A stretch of 64,000 nt of DNA, taken from the NCBI GenBank assembly GCA_964291215.2, contig OZ219791.1, positions 1,216,001 to 1,280,000 of the forward strand. The letters run 5' to 3'. Position numbers and translations under genes: made by a program. The first letter of the stretch is position 1. Each line of letters opens with the position of its first letter. The notes under the pieces are model-generated. The model saw only the letters and a list, made by a program, of their open reading frames with translations. It was not told the DNA's origin and made no database searches. Shown here in pieces: positions 44,173 to 54,320 of the stretch. This DNA comes from Alphaproteobacteria bacterium. Lineage in GTDB: Bacteria; Pseudomonadota; Alphaproteobacteria; MPNO01; UBA830.

Positions 44173-45432
44173 CTACGCGGCGAGCACTGGATAGCTGGTG
44201 AAGCCCCGGAAGCGCGCGCGCATGTGGTGGCGCGCCTCCGCGGCGCGTTCGATCTCGGCAAACCTCCGGACGAAGGCGTCGAGCGCGACGCTTACCTCCA
44301 TGCGTCCGAGCGACATGCCGGCGCAGACATGGATGCCGCCGCCGAAGGCAAGGTGCCGGTTGGGCTTCCGCGTGATGTCGAGGGAATCGGGATCCCCGAA
44401 TATGTCCGGGTCGCGGTTGGCGGCGCCTATCGCCAGCCACACATAGGTGCCCTCCGCCAGCCGTTCGCTGCTGATCTCGCCATTCGCAGTCAGCTTGCGG
44501 TTGCCGAGCTGGACCGGGCTCTCGAAGCGCAGGATTTCCTCGACCGCGGAGCCGATTAACTCGGGGCGGCGCCTGAGCATCGCGAGCTGGGCGGGAAAGC
44601 GGAGGAGCGCGTCGACGCCGTTGGTAATGGTGTTGGCCGTTGTCTCGTGGCCGGCGTTGAGGAGGAAGATGCAGTTGTGGAGGAGTTCGAGTTCCGAGAG
44701 CGTGTCGCCGTCCGCGTCGGGGCCGATGAGCTTGGAGAGCACCTCGCCGCTGTCGCCGGAAAGCGGGTTGCGTTCCCGCTCCCGGATCAGCCACCGCAGA
44801 TAGGTCTTGAACTCCTCGACGGCCTCGCTGCCCGCGGTGCGCTGTTCGTCGCTCAGCCCGGCCTCCAAGCCGCCGAGAATGGCTACGGCCCATGGCGACA
44901 GCCGGTGGCGGTCGGCGCGCGGCACCCCCAGCATGTCGCCGATCAGTTCGATCGGGAGCTTCATCGCGAAATCGTGCAGAAGATCGAAGCGGCCCATCTC
45001 CGCGACCTCGTCGAGCGCTTCGGCGACGACCTCCTCGACCCGCGCCCTGAGCGTGCGAAGTGCTCGCGGCGTGAATGCCGGGGCGAGGCGCTTGCGCACC
45101 CGCGTGTGGCGCGGCGGATCGTTGAAGACGAGGCTGGTGGTGTGGTGTTCGTAGAGCGGCGTGTCGCCCATGGTGCGCCGGAAATCGACCGTCTTGTCGG
45201 AAGAGAACAGATGCGGATTCCGGTAGATCGCGTCGAGATCGGCATGGCGGGTCAGGAACCGGGAGCCGTCCGGCAGCGTCCTGAGCGGCGCATGGCGGCG
45301 GAGCGCATGGAACACCGGGTAGGGATCCTCGTAGAACTCCCTGTCGAGGTGGCCGATGTCGAATGATGCCGCCGCTTCCGGCCCGGCTTCGGCAATGCCG
45401 TCATAGAGCGCATCGGCGTCGATCGCGTCCAT
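44173..45432 (-). CDS. Cytochrome P450
   Basis: [15 protein letters not shown] and heme motif [10 protein letters not shown]. Confidence 0.96.
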   Translation of the reverse strand: MDAIDADALYDGIAEAGPEAAASFDIGHLDREFYEDPYPVFHALRRHAPLRTLPDGSRFLTRHADLDAIYRNPHLFSSDKTVDFRRTMGDTPLYEHHTTSLVFNDPPRHTRVRKRLAPAFTPRALRTLRARVEEVVAEALDEVAEMGRFDLLHDFAMKLPIELIGDMLGVPRADRHRLSPWAVAILGGLEAGLSDEQRTAGSEAVEEFKTYLRWLIRERERNPLSGDSGEVLSKLIGPDADGDTLSELELLHNCIFLLNAGHETTANTITNGVDALLRFPAQLAMLRRRPELIGSAVEEILRFESPVQLGNRKLTANGEISSERLAEGTYVWLAIGAANRDPDIFGDPDSLDITRKPNRHLAFGGGIHVCAGMSLGRMEVSVALDAFVRRFAEIERAAEARHHMRARFRGFTSYPVLAA

Positions 45433-45560
45433 TGCGCCAGTTTATCGGCGGCGCCGGCGCGGGGCAAAGGCCGCTCCGGCGCTTGACCTGACCCGGCAAA
45501 GGGCGGCATCCTCTCCGGCGCACCGACCGGTGCCCGTATTTTTCGTCAGGAGACAGCGAG

Positions 45561-46148
45561 ATGCCCCGCATAGGCTACATTGAGGAACAGGAAAAGACCG
45601 AGGAAGTCCGCGAGATGATCGCCTCGGCGGAACGCACCGGGGCACCCGATCCCCGCGTCGTCAGCATCATGGCGCGGCATCCGACCGCTGGCCTGGGCTG
45701 GGTCAGGTACTGGAATTCCCTTCTCTATGAGGGCCTGCTGCCCCACGTGATGAAGGAGATGTGCCGGATCTTCATTTCGATGGCGCATGAGTGCGGCTAC
45801 TGCTCGACCGTGCGCTCGAAGGTCGCGCAGGAACAGGGGCTCACCGAGGACAAGGTGCTCGCGCTTTCGGACTTCGAGACCAGCGCGCTCTTCGACGCCC
45901 GCGAGCGCGCCGCTCTGCGCTACGCCAGGCTCTTCAAGCAGGGCGAGCACGCGATCGACAGCGATGCCGTGTACGACGATCTCAAGGTCCACTTCTCCGA
46001 GGAGGAAATCATCGAACTCGGGCAGTTGTGCGCCCAGACCGACGGTGTCGGCAAGCTCGTCAAGTCCTTCAACGTGATCAGTTGGGACGAGGCCTGCGAG
46101 ATCAATCCCGAGCTTTTCCGGGCGACGGCCCCGGCCCGGGCCGCCTGA
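45561..46148 (+). CDS. AhpD/carboxymuconolactone decarboxylase family protein
   Basis: HECGYC, RERAALRYA and HFSEEEIIEL. Confidence 0.85.
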   Translation: MPRIGYIEEQEKTEEVREMIASAERTGAPDPRVVSIMARHPTAGLGWVRYWNSLLYEGLLPHVMKEMCRIFISMAHECGYCSTVRSKVAQEQGLTEDKVLALSDFETSALFDARERAALRYARLFKQGEHAIDSDAVYDDLKVHFSEEEIIELGQLCAQTDGVGKLVKSFNVISWDEACEINPELFRATAPARAA

Positions 46149-46170
46149 GGCGCGTCCGCGAAGCCGGCCG

Positions 46171-47781
46171 TCAGCCGGCTTCGCGGTTCGGGGACAGTCC
46201 GACGATCCTTGCAAGGAGCGCGGCCGGGTCGTCCGGCGCCTGGTCGCCGCGCCATGCGACATGCTGGTCGGGGCGGACGAGGATCAGCCGCGCCCCGTAG
46301 GCGCCCGGCGCGTCCGCGGCGCTGTCGCGCACGACCTTCAGCGGCACCGCGAGCGCGGCGGCCGCAGCCTCGATATCGCGAACCGGCCCGTCGTCCGCCT
46401 CGAGGGCCAGCAGCGTGAAGCCCGAACCCAGCTCCTCGAAGGTGTTGCGTCCCGACGACAGCGCCCGCGGGGTCAGGTGATAGCCCGGCCGAGCGGCTTC
46501 GGCGTGGCTGGCGCGGGCGCCGCTCCGGTCGTCCGCGGCGCCGCAGACCACCGGCGATCCGGAATAGTGCGGAACATATGACAGGGTCCGCGGCGCGGCC
46601 GCGGCGGCGTGGTCCCCGTTCCAGGCGCGCGCAAAGGCTTCCGGGTCGCGCTCGGGATCATGTTGTTCGAGGAAGCGGCGGTCGGACTCGATGCCGGCGG
46701 CGATGAAGTGTTCGACGATGTCCTTCATCACCGGGCGGCGTTCCTCGTCGTAGGACTGCAGCAGCGCCTCGCCGCCCCAGCCCTCGAGGACGGCGGCGAG
46801 TTTCCAGCCGAGATTGGCGGCGTCCTCAAGCCCGTTATTAAGTCCGAAACCGCCATAGGGCGGATGGCTGTGGGCGGCGTCGCCGGCGATGAAGATGCGG
46901 CCGGAGCGGTAGCTGTTGGCAACCTCAATGCGGAGCTCCCAGAAGCCGACATGGTCGAACTCGCAGGCGAACCCGAACCCCGCCGCCCGGTGCAGGAGGC
47001 CGCGGAAATCATAGCCCTCCCGCGTCGTGCCGCGCGGCACGGGCGCGTGAAAGAACCAGCCGTCCTCAATGTCGATCCTGCCGAAGAACTGCCAGTAGCC
47101 TCTCAGGCGCCGGTCCATGACGCGATAGGTCGAGCGTTCGGGAAACCGCTGCAGGCGCTCTCCAAGCTCGCGCGAGCGGAACACGGCAAGGACCATCAGC
47201 TGGTCATAATCGCAGCCGGATCGCGAGACGCCGATGCGCTCGCGGACCAGCGAATGGCTGCCGTCGCAGCCGACCACGAAATCCGCCTCAAGCTCGCACG
47301 GCTCCCCGTCGCTGCCGGAGATCGCGACCGTCGCCGCCGATCCATCCTCCGTGACATCGGCTGCCGACTCTCCGAACCGCGCGTCGACGGCGGGAAGCGC
47401 GGCGATGCGGGTGCGCAGCACCTCCTCGGTCAGGTACTGCGGCAATCGTTCGTTGTCGAGGAAGAACCAGCGGTTGACGATCTCGCGCTGCGGCGGCGCG
47501 TACCACCAGTCGTCCGCGAGGTTCTCGTAGGCGACGATGCCGCTGGCCGGAAAATCCGGGGGCAGGGTTCGGGCGGTACGGATGGCGTCGGCGACGCCCC
47601 AGAACCAGAAATGCTCCATCGAGCGCTGGGTGAGGTTTTGGCCCTTGGGTATGCGCTGCGGTTGGCGGCGGCGCTCGATCAGCGCCGTACGGATTCCCCG
47701 GAGCCCGAGCACCGTGGCGAGCGCAAGGCCGACTGGTCCGCCGCCGACGATGGCGACCTGATAGCGCCGCCGCGGCGTCAT
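46171..47781 (-). CDS. FAD-dependent monooxygenase (PheA/TfdB-like)
   Basis: GGGPVG, VGCDGSHS, AGDAAHSHPPYGGFGLNNG and LVRPDQHVAWR. Confidence 0.93.
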   Translation of the reverse strand: MTPRRRYQVAIVGGGPVGLALATVLGLRGIRTALIERRRQPQRIPKGQNLTQRSMEHFWFWGVADAIRTARTLPPDFPASGIVAYENLADDWWYAPPQREIVNRWFFLDNERLPQYLTEEVLRTRIAALPAVDARFGESAADVTEDGSAATVAISGSDGEPCELEADFVVGCDGSHSLVRERIGVSRSGCDYDQLMVLAVFRSRELGERLQRFPERSTYRVMDRRLRGYWQFFGRIDIEDGWFFHAPVPRGTTREGYDFRGLLHRAAGFGFACEFDHVGFWELRIEVANSYRSGRIFIAGDAAHSHPPYGGFGLNNGLEDAANLGWKLAAVLEGWGGEALLQSYDEERRPVMKDIVEHFIAAGIESDRRFLEQHDPERDPEAFARAWNGDHAAAAAPRTLSYVPHYSGSPVVCGAADDRSGARASHAEAARPGYHLTPRALSSGRNTFEELGSGFTLLALEADDGPVRDIEAAAAALAVPLKVVRDSAADAPGAYGARLILVRPDQHVAWRGDQAPDDPAALLARIVGLSPNREAG

Positions 47782-47817
47782 CGCGCCGCCCGCCGTTGCC
47801 GCGGCGGCCGGCCGCGG

Positions 47818-48744
47818 TCACTCTGCAGCGGCGGCAAGGGTGAAGCCGTACGCCCTGTAGAGTTCGAGTTCGGCCAGGATGTCGAGGCCGCGCTGCAGCG
47901 CCGCGCCCTCGAGCCCGGTGAGCGGCCGCCTGAGGTCGCCGGACGGGAGGCCGACCGCGCGCATCAGCGACTTCACCGGCACCGGGTTGATCGCGGAGTA
48001 GGTGAAGTGGAGCATGGGCAGCATGTTGAGCCAGGTCCGGCGGAAGTTCTCGGCGTCGGCATGACTCTTCCAGGGCCTGGACATCACGGCCATTTCCGCC
48101 GGGATGATGTTCCCCGACATGTTCGCGGTGCCGTGCCCGCCGAGCGACATGGTCGGCACGACGAGGCCGAGGTTGGGCGAATCGCAGCACATCAGCGACA
48201 GGTCGGGATTTCCGGCGGCGAGCTTCGCGACCTGGCCCACCCGTGCGGTCGATTCCTTGTTGACCACGATGTTGGGATGGCGGGCGAGTCGCAGGATTGC
48301 TTCCGCGGACAGGTCGGTCGCCACTCGCGGCGGGTTGTTGTAGATGCCGATCGGAATGCCGCTGGCGTCGGCGACATCGAGGAAGAACTGCTCGATGTCC
48401 TTCTCCGGCGCGCAGATGTAGGCCGGCGCGGCGATGATGGCGCCGTCCGCGCCCGAAGCCGCGGCGTGGCGCACATGGTCGATGGTGGTCCGGGTGTTGT
48501 TGCCGGTGCAGCCGTAATAGAACTGCATGGCACCGGTCCGGAACTTCATCGTTTCCTCGACGATCTCCCGGCGTTCTTCCGTGCTCAGCATCGACACTTC
48601 GCCGGTCGAGCCCATGATCAGCACGGCGCTGGTGCCGTGGCGCTCCTGGAAGTCGAGCAGCGTACGGAACCCGCCATAGTCTATTGATCCGTCGCGGTTG
48701 AACGGCGTGATCATGGCGACGAATGAGCCGGTCGGCTTGTCCAT
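47818..48744 (-). CDS. Dihydrodipicolinate synthase family protein
   Basis: ITPF, GSTGE, IYNNP, catalytic K in VNKES and NPVPVK. Confidence 0.88.
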   Translation of the reverse strand: MDKPTGSFVAMITPFNRDGSIDYGGFRTLLDFQERHGTSAVLIMGSTGEVSMLSTEERREIVEETMKFRTGAMQFYYGCTGNNTRTTIDHVRHAAASGADGAIIAAPAYICAPEKDIEQFFLDVADASGIPIGIYNNPPRVATDLSAEAILRLARHPNIVVNKESTARVGQVAKLAAGNPDLSLMCCDSPNLGLVVPTMSLGGHGTANMSGNIIPAEMAVMSRPWKSHADAENFRRTWLNMLPMLHFTYSAINPVPVKSLMRAVGLPSGDLRRPLTGLEGAALQRGLDILAELELYRAYGFTLAAAAE

Positions 48745-48908
48745 GTTTCCCTCCTGTGCATGAGATGCGCACACGCAACCGCGCCATGTGACCATATTTG
48801 CGGGCTCGGTTCCAGCGGCCGCAGCCGGCGCGCACGATTTCCGTTGCCAAGAGCCGTGCGATGACGAACAATCGCCGCTGGCGCGACACGATTGGGAGGA
48901 ATCAGGCG

Positions 48909-49913
48909 ATGAGGGTTTTCTTGCGGTCGGCGTTTCGCTGCCGGCCGTGGCCGGCGGTGGCGGCGGCCGTCGCGGCCTGGATCTGCGTGGCCGTCTCGGC
49001 ACACGCCAATCCCGCGTACTGGCAAGCCTCGTGGCCGAAGACGGACTTCTCCAGGACGTCGGTCGAATTCTCGGAGATCTTTTCGGGCGGTCCCCCGAAG
49101 GACGGCATCCCGTCGATCGACAGTCCGCGCTTCGTGCCCGTCGCGGAATATTCCGGCACCGGAGATACCGAACCCGTGATTTCCTTCGCCCATGGCGGCG
49201 ATGCCCGGGCCTATCCGCTGCGCGTCCTGATCTGGCACGAGATCGTCAATGATACCGTCGGCGGGCTGGCGGTATCGGTGACCTACTGTCCGCTCTGCAA
49301 CTCCGCGATCGCGTTCGACCGCAGGGCCGGCGGCCGGGTGCTGGATTTCGGAACCACCGGCAAGCTCAGGAACTCCGATCTTGTCATGTATGACCGCCAG
49401 ACCGAAAGCTGGTGGCAGCAGTTCACCGGAACCGCGATCGTCGGACAATTGACCGGCACCGAGCTCCGCATGCTGCCGGTGCGCGTCGAATCCATGGAAC
49501 GGTTCCGCACGAGGTTTCCGTCCGGCCGCGTCCTGGTGCCCAAAGACCCGGACATGCGACCCTACGGCGTCAACCCCTATGTGCGCTACGACTCGCTCGA
49601 GGTTCCGCTCCTCTATCGTGGCGAGATGCCGGCCGGGATAGCGCCGCTGGCCTATGTCGTGAAGGTCGGCAAGGAAGCGTGGCCGCTCGAACTGCTGATG
49701 GATCGGGGCCGGATCGTCAGCGATGATCTCGTCATCACCTGGACGGCCGGCCAGAACTCCGCCCTCGATTCGCGCGAGATCGCGGGCGGCCGCGATATCG
49801 GCAACGTCGTGGTTCAGCGCCGGACCCCGGACGGGCTGCGCGACGAGGTCCACGACCTCACCTTCGCGTTCGTGTTCCACGCCTTTGTCGCGGACGGAAC
49901 GATACACAAGTAG
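48909..49913 (+). CDS. DUF3179 domain-containing exported protein
   Basis: GGPPKDGIPSID, WHEIVND, TYCPLCN and MYDRQTESWWQQ; signal peptide. Confidence 0.88.
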   Translation: MRVFLRSAFRCRPWPAVAAAVAAWICVAVSAHANPAYWQASWPKTDFSRTSVEFSEIFSGGPPKDGIPSIDSPRFVPVAEYSGTGDTEPVISFAHGGDARAYPLRVLIWHEIVNDTVGGLAVSVTYCPLCNSAIAFDRRAGGRVLDFGTTGKLRNSDLVMYDRQTESWWQQFTGTAIVGQLTGTELRMLPVRVESMERFRTRFPSGRVLVPKDPDMRPYGVNPYVRYDSLEVPLLYRGEMPAGIAPLAYVVKVGKEAWPLELLMDRGRIVSDDLVITWTAGQNSALDSREIAGGRDIGNVVVQRRTPDGLRDEVHDLTFAFVFHAFVADGTIHK

Positions 49914-49966
49914 CTGAGGGTCAGCTATATTCCGAAACCGGCCGCACCCGGAGGAGGTCCCGCGAC

Positions 49967-52027
49967 ATGCCGCTCGATACCGCCCATTCCGTTTGTCCGC
50001 ATGATTGCGCGAGCGCCTGTGCGCTCGATGTCGAGCTTGAGGCGCCCGACCGCATCGGACGCGTGCATGGATCGCGGACCAACAGCTATACCGCGGGCGT
50101 GGTCTGCGCCAAGGTTGCGCGCTATGCCGAGCGGGTGCATCACCCGGCGCGGCTGACGCAGCCCCTCAGGCGCAAGGGCGCGAAATCGGCGTCGTCGACG
50201 ATCGCCGACTTCGAGCCCATCGGCTGGGACGACGCTCTCGACATCGTCGCCGAAGCCTTTACCCGCGCTGCCCGGACCCACGGCGCGGAGACCGTGTGGC
50301 CGTACAACTATGCCGGCACCATGGGCAAGATCCAGCGCGACGCCATCCAGGGCTTCCGCAACGCGCTCGGCTATTCGCGCCAGCACTACACGGTCTGCTC
50401 GTCGATCATGCTCGCCGGCATGACGGCCGGCATCGGTGCCCAGCGCGGAAGCGATCCGCGCGAGTTCGGCGAGTCCGACCTGATCGTCATCTGGGGGTCG
50501 AACCCGGTTTACACGCAGGTCAACCTGATGACCCATATCAGCCGAGCGCGCCGCGAGCGCGCCGCCAGGCTGGTCGTCATCGACCCCTACAGGACGGCGA
50601 CCGCGGAGATTGCCGACAGCCACGTTCAGCCGCGTCCCGGAACCGACGCGGCGCTGGCGCTTGCGGTGATGCACGTGCTGTTCCGCGACGGTTACGCCGA
50701 TCGCTCCTACATGGCGCGCTACACGGACGATCCGGAAGCGCTGGAACGGCATGTAGCGGACCGCGATCCGGCCTGGGCGTCGGCGATCACCGGCGTCCCG
50801 ACTGCCGCAATCGAGGAACTGGCGCGCAGCTACGGACAGGCCGAGCGCGCGATAATCCGCCTCGGCTATGGTTTTTCCCGGTCGCGTAACGGCGCTGCCG
50901 GCCTTCATGCGGTGAGCTGCCTTCCCGCCGTGCGCGGAGCCTGGAAGCATCGTGGCGGTGGCCTCTACGGGTCGATCAGCCAGACATTCGACGTCGATTC
51001 GCGCCTCCTTACCGGCGTCGAGAACCCCGATGTCCGCCTGCTCGACATGTCCGAGCTCGGTCCCGTGCTGACCGGCAATGCGGAAGCGCTGAAAGGCGGC
51101 CCGCCGGTGACCGCGATGCTGGTGCAGAGCTCGAACCCGGCCGTGGTGGCGCCCGAGTCGGGGCGCGTCCGCGCCGGGATGCTGAAGGACGATTTCTTTC
51201 TCTGTGTCCACGAGCAGTTCCTCACCGACACGGCGCGGCTGGCCGACATCGTGCTGCCGGCGACGACCTTCCTCGAGCACGACGATCTCTACACCTCCTA
51301 CGGCCAGACCTTTCTCCAGATCGGGCCGCGGATCCTCGATCCGGTGGGCGAGTCGCGCAGCAATCTCGACATGGTGTCGGCGCTGGGCCGCAGGCTGGGC
51401 GCCGACTGGCCGGCCATGGAGAGGACGGCGTGGCAGCTCATCGACGAGATCCTTCTGGCGTCCGGCTATTGCGGCGCCGACGAACTCAGGGAAAGGCGCA
51501 GCATCGACATCGCACCCGCGTTCGAGGAGGCGCACTTTCTCAACGGCTTTCCGCAGCCCGGCGGCAGGTTCCGTTTCTGCGCCGACTGGGAGGCGCTCGG
51601 TCCGGCGCATGCCGCGCTTCCCGAGCTGCCGGACCATGTGCCCTGCATCGACGAGGCCGATCACGAGCGCCCTTGGCGCCTGGTGACGGCGCCGTCGCGG
51701 AACTACCTCAATTCGAGCTTTACCGAGACCGAGACATCTGCGATTCGCGAATCTCGGCCCGAGGTCATGCTCTACCCCGCCGATTGCGAGGCCATCGGCG
51801 TGGATGCCGGCGATCGAGTGAGAGTCGGCAATGCGCGCGGCAGCCTGGTGGTCCACGTGCGGCCTTTCGACGGAGTGAAGCCGGGCATCGCCATTGTCGA
51901 GAGCATCTGGCCCAACGACGCCTTCGAGGAAGGGATTGGGATCAACCTGTTGACAAGCTCGGAGCCCGGGGCGCCCAACGGCGGCGCCGTGTTCCATGAT
52001 ACTGCGGTCTGGATCAAGCCGGCCTGA
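49967..52027 (+). CDS. Molybdopterin-dependent oxidoreductase
   Basis: CPHDCASAC...C Fe-S motif, PRPGTDAALA, TDTARLADIVLPA and a C-terminal dinucleotide-binding domain. Confidence 0.93.
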   Translation: MPLDTAHSVCPHDCASACALDVELEAPDRIGRVHGSRTNSYTAGVVCAKVARYAERVHHPARLTQPLRRKGAKSASSTIADFEPIGWDDALDIVAEAFTRAARTHGAETVWPYNYAGTMGKIQRDAIQGFRNALGYSRQHYTVCSSIMLAGMTAGIGAQRGSDPREFGESDLIVIWGSNPVYTQVNLMTHISRARRERAARLVVIDPYRTATAEIADSHVQPRPGTDAALALAVMHVLFRDGYADRSYMARYTDDPEALERHVADRDPAWASAITGVPTAAIEELARSYGQAERAIIRLGYGFSRSRNGAAGLHAVSCLPAVRGAWKHRGGGLYGSISQTFDVDSRLLTGVENPDVRLLDMSELGPVLTGNAEALKGGPPVTAMLVQSSNPAVVAPESGRVRAGMLKDDFFLCVHEQFLTDTARLADIVLPATTFLEHDDLYTSYGQTFLQIGPRILDPVGESRSNLDMVSALGRRLGADWPAMERTAWQLIDEILLASGYCGADELRERRSIDIAPAFEEAHFLNGFPQPGGRFRFCADWEALGPAHAALPELPDHVPCIDEADHERPWRLVTAPSRNYLNSSFTETETSAIRESRPEVMLYPADCEAIGVDAGDRVRVGNARGSLVVHVRPFDGVKPGIAIVESIWPNDAFEEGIGINLLTSSEPGAPNGGAVFHDTAVWIKPA

Positions 52028-52081
52028 GCCGGGCGCCCGGAGGGGGCGTGCCGCGCCTTCAGGGCCGCGCGGAGTGGCCGC

Positions 52082-52807
52082 ATGACCGGCTCGGGCGGCG
52101 GCAGGGGGCGTGTGCTCGTGCGCTCGACAACCGACCAGGTCACGGAGTTCCTCGAGAAGGTCGCGGCGACGCCGACGGTGCGGCCGGCCGCAGGCCGCGG
52201 GCGGCTGATCTTCGCGATGGACGCAACGGCAAGCCGCGAACCGAGCTGGGACCAGGCCTGTCATCTGCAGGCCGACATGTTTCACGCCACCGACGGGCTC
52301 GGCGGGCTCGAGGTACAGCTCGTTTTCTACCGCGGATATGGCGAGTGCAAGGCGAGCCCGTGGGTCACGTCGTCGGACGAACTGGTCCGTCGCATGGTCA
52401 AGGTCAGGTGCCTGGGCGGGCGCACCCAGCTGCGCAAGGTTCTCGCCCATGCGATCCGGGAGACCGACAGCCGGCAGGTCAACGCCCTAGTGTTCGTCGG
52501 CGACTGTTTCGAGGAGGATGTCGACGATGTCTGCCACGTCGCCGGCGAGCTCGGCATCCGCGGTGTGCCCGCCTTCCTGTTCCAGGAGGGCGGAGATCCG
52601 ATCGCGGCGCAGACATTCCGGCAGGTGGCCAAGCTCACCGGTGGCGCGCACTGCAGATTCGACCTGTCGTCGGCGCGCCAGCTGAAGGAGCTGCTGAGCG
52701 CCGTCGCCGTGTTTGCCGCCGGCGGGCGGGCAGCGCTCGAAGACCTTTCCAGCCGCGGCGGCGCGGCGCGGCTGATCACCAGCCAGATCGGGAAGGCCGG
52801 CCGCTAG
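52082..52807 (+). CDS. vWA domain-containing protein
   Basis: LIFAMDATASR (MIDAS-like), GGRTQ and LVFVGD. Confidence 0.85.
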   Translation: MTGSGGGRGRVLVRSTTDQVTEFLEKVAATPTVRPAAGRGRLIFAMDATASREPSWDQACHLQADMFHATDGLGGLEVQLVFYRGYGECKASPWVTSSDELVRRMVKVRCLGGRTQLRKVLAHAIRETDSRQVNALVFVGDCFEEDVDDVCHVAGELGIRGVPAFLFQEGGDPIAAQTFRQVAKLTGGAHCRFDLSSARQLKELLSAVAVFAAGGRAALEDLSSRGGAARLITSQIGKAGR

Positions 52808-52850
52808 CCGGCGCCCGGCGAAGGGAATCCGTTCCCGCTGATGTGACCTG

Positions 52851-53549
52851 ATGCCCTATATCCTGCTCGCCATCGCCGTTGCCATCGGCCTGTTCCTGGT
52901 GATCAAGGGCCTGCGGGGCACCAGCCCGAAGAACCTCGGCCGCATGATCGCCATGGTCGCGGTGTTGCTCGGCACCGGCATCATCGTGTTCTTCGCCGCC
53001 ACCGGGCGGCTTGGACCGATCGGCTGGGCCGCGCTCCTGCTGCCGTTTCTCCTGCGCCTGCGCCAGATCAGGCAGGCGTTCCGGAACATGCGCGGGCCGT
53101 CGCCCGGGCGCAGCTCCGATGTCGAAACCCGCTTCCTGCGCATGGAGCTCGATCACGACAGCGGCGTTCTCAGGGGGACCGTGATCGCCGGAAAGTACCA
53201 GGGCCGTACTCTTGAGGAGCTCACGCTCGACGAGAGTCTCGACCTGCTTCGCGAATGCCGCGTCAACGATCCGCAGTCCGCCTCGGTGCTCGAATCCTAT
53301 CTCGACCGCGTCCATGGCGCGGCGTGGCGCGGTGGCGGAGATGGTGGCGGGCGGGCCGCCGCCCCGGACGGTGCCATGACCCGCGAGGAGGCCCTCGACA
53401 TACTCGGCCTCTCGCCTGGCGCCTCGGAGCAGGATATCCGCGAGGCGCATCGGCGCCTGCTGCGCGCGAACCATCCCGACCGCGGCGGGTCGACCTTCAT
53501 CGCCGCCCAGATCAACAGGGCCAAGGATGTGTTGCTGCGGGATGGCTGA
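52851..53549 (+). CDS. Membrane-anchored DnaJ (J-domain) protein
   Basis: N-terminal hydrophobic helices; C-terminal MTREEALDILGL...NHPDRGGS..AQINRAKD. Confidence 0.9.
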   Translation: MPYILLAIAVAIGLFLVIKGLRGTSPKNLGRMIAMVAVLLGTGIIVFFAATGRLGPIGWAALLLPFLLRLRQIRQAFRNMRGPSPGRSSDVETRFLRMELDHDSGVLRGTVIAGKYQGRTLEELTLDESLDLLRECRVNDPQSASVLESYLDRVHGAAWRGGGDGGGRAAAPDGAMTREEALDILGLSPGASEQDIREAHRRLLRANHPDRGGSTFIAAQINRAKDVLLRDG

Positions 53550-53580
53550 CGGGCGCCGCGCCCGGCCTTCCGGCGCCGTG

Positions 53581-53979
53581 TCACGGCAGGGCGCCAGCGG
53601 CGCTGCGCTGCCGTGGCAACGAGGCGAGGAACCGGCTCCGCGACACCAGCATGCGCTCGTGGGTGCCGTGCGCGATTTCGCGGGTGCCGGCGCGGGCAAA
53701 GACGTTGAACGTGATGCGCCGGCCTGCGACGGCGGTGATGACCGCCTCGCAGTGCAGGGACTCCCCGGCCGCGGCGTCACCCCAGAACCAGATGTCGTTG
53801 GAGTGTCCGACGCTGGCATCGTCGGCGGCGTAGTGCGGCGCCAGGACGTTGTGGCACGCCATCTCGCAGAACAGGTGCAGGGTCATCGTCGGCAGCAAGC
53901 CATCCACGAGGTCGCTTCCTTCGAGCTTGCGCGACTTGCTGGCGGTCATCCCGACGGTGTATTCGGGCCAGCCGCTCAC
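53581..53979 (-). CDS. Hotdog-fold thioesterase (FlK-like)
   Basis: GTG start overlapping the upstream stop; LFCEMAC, ASVG and EIAHGTHERMLVSRSRF. Confidence 0.7.
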   Translation of the reverse strand: MSGWPEYTVGMTASKSRKLEGSDLVDGLLPTMTLHLFCEMACHNVLAPHYAADDASVGHSNDIWFWGDAAAGESLHCEAVITAVAGRRITFNVFARAGTREIAHGTHERMLVSRSRFLASLPRQRSAAGALP

Positions 53980-54320
53980 GGATCGAGGACCCGTATGACC
54001 TGGCCGGACACGATGGTGCGGCGCGAATCCTCGCCCTCGATCTCGAACACCAGGCGACCGCCGTCGGTTTCCGCAAGACGCGCGCACACCTCCACCGTGT
54101 CGCCGACCGGGGTTGCGGCGAGATGGCGGATGTCGACCCGCATCCGCCTCGTGGGTTCGGCGCCGGCGCGCTCGCAGGCGTCCTTTGCTGCCCGGTCGCA
54201 GAACTCGGCGAGAACCGGCGTGGCGAGGACATGTATGTCGGGATTGCCGAGCGCGTGCGCGGTATCGGGCTCCTCGACCCGCGACCGCCACGTGCCGACC
54301 TGTCCGCGATCCAGACTCAT
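53976..54320 (-). CDS. Hotdog-fold thioesterase (FlK-like)
   Basis: TAHALG..HVLATP and DIRHLAATPVGDTV. Confidence 0.8.
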   Translation of the reverse strand: MSLDRGQVGTWRSRVEEPDTAHALGNPDIHVLATPVLAEFCDRAAKDACERAGAEPTRRMRVDIRHLAATPVGDTVEVCARLAETDGGRLVFEIEGEDSRRTIVSGQVIRVLDP

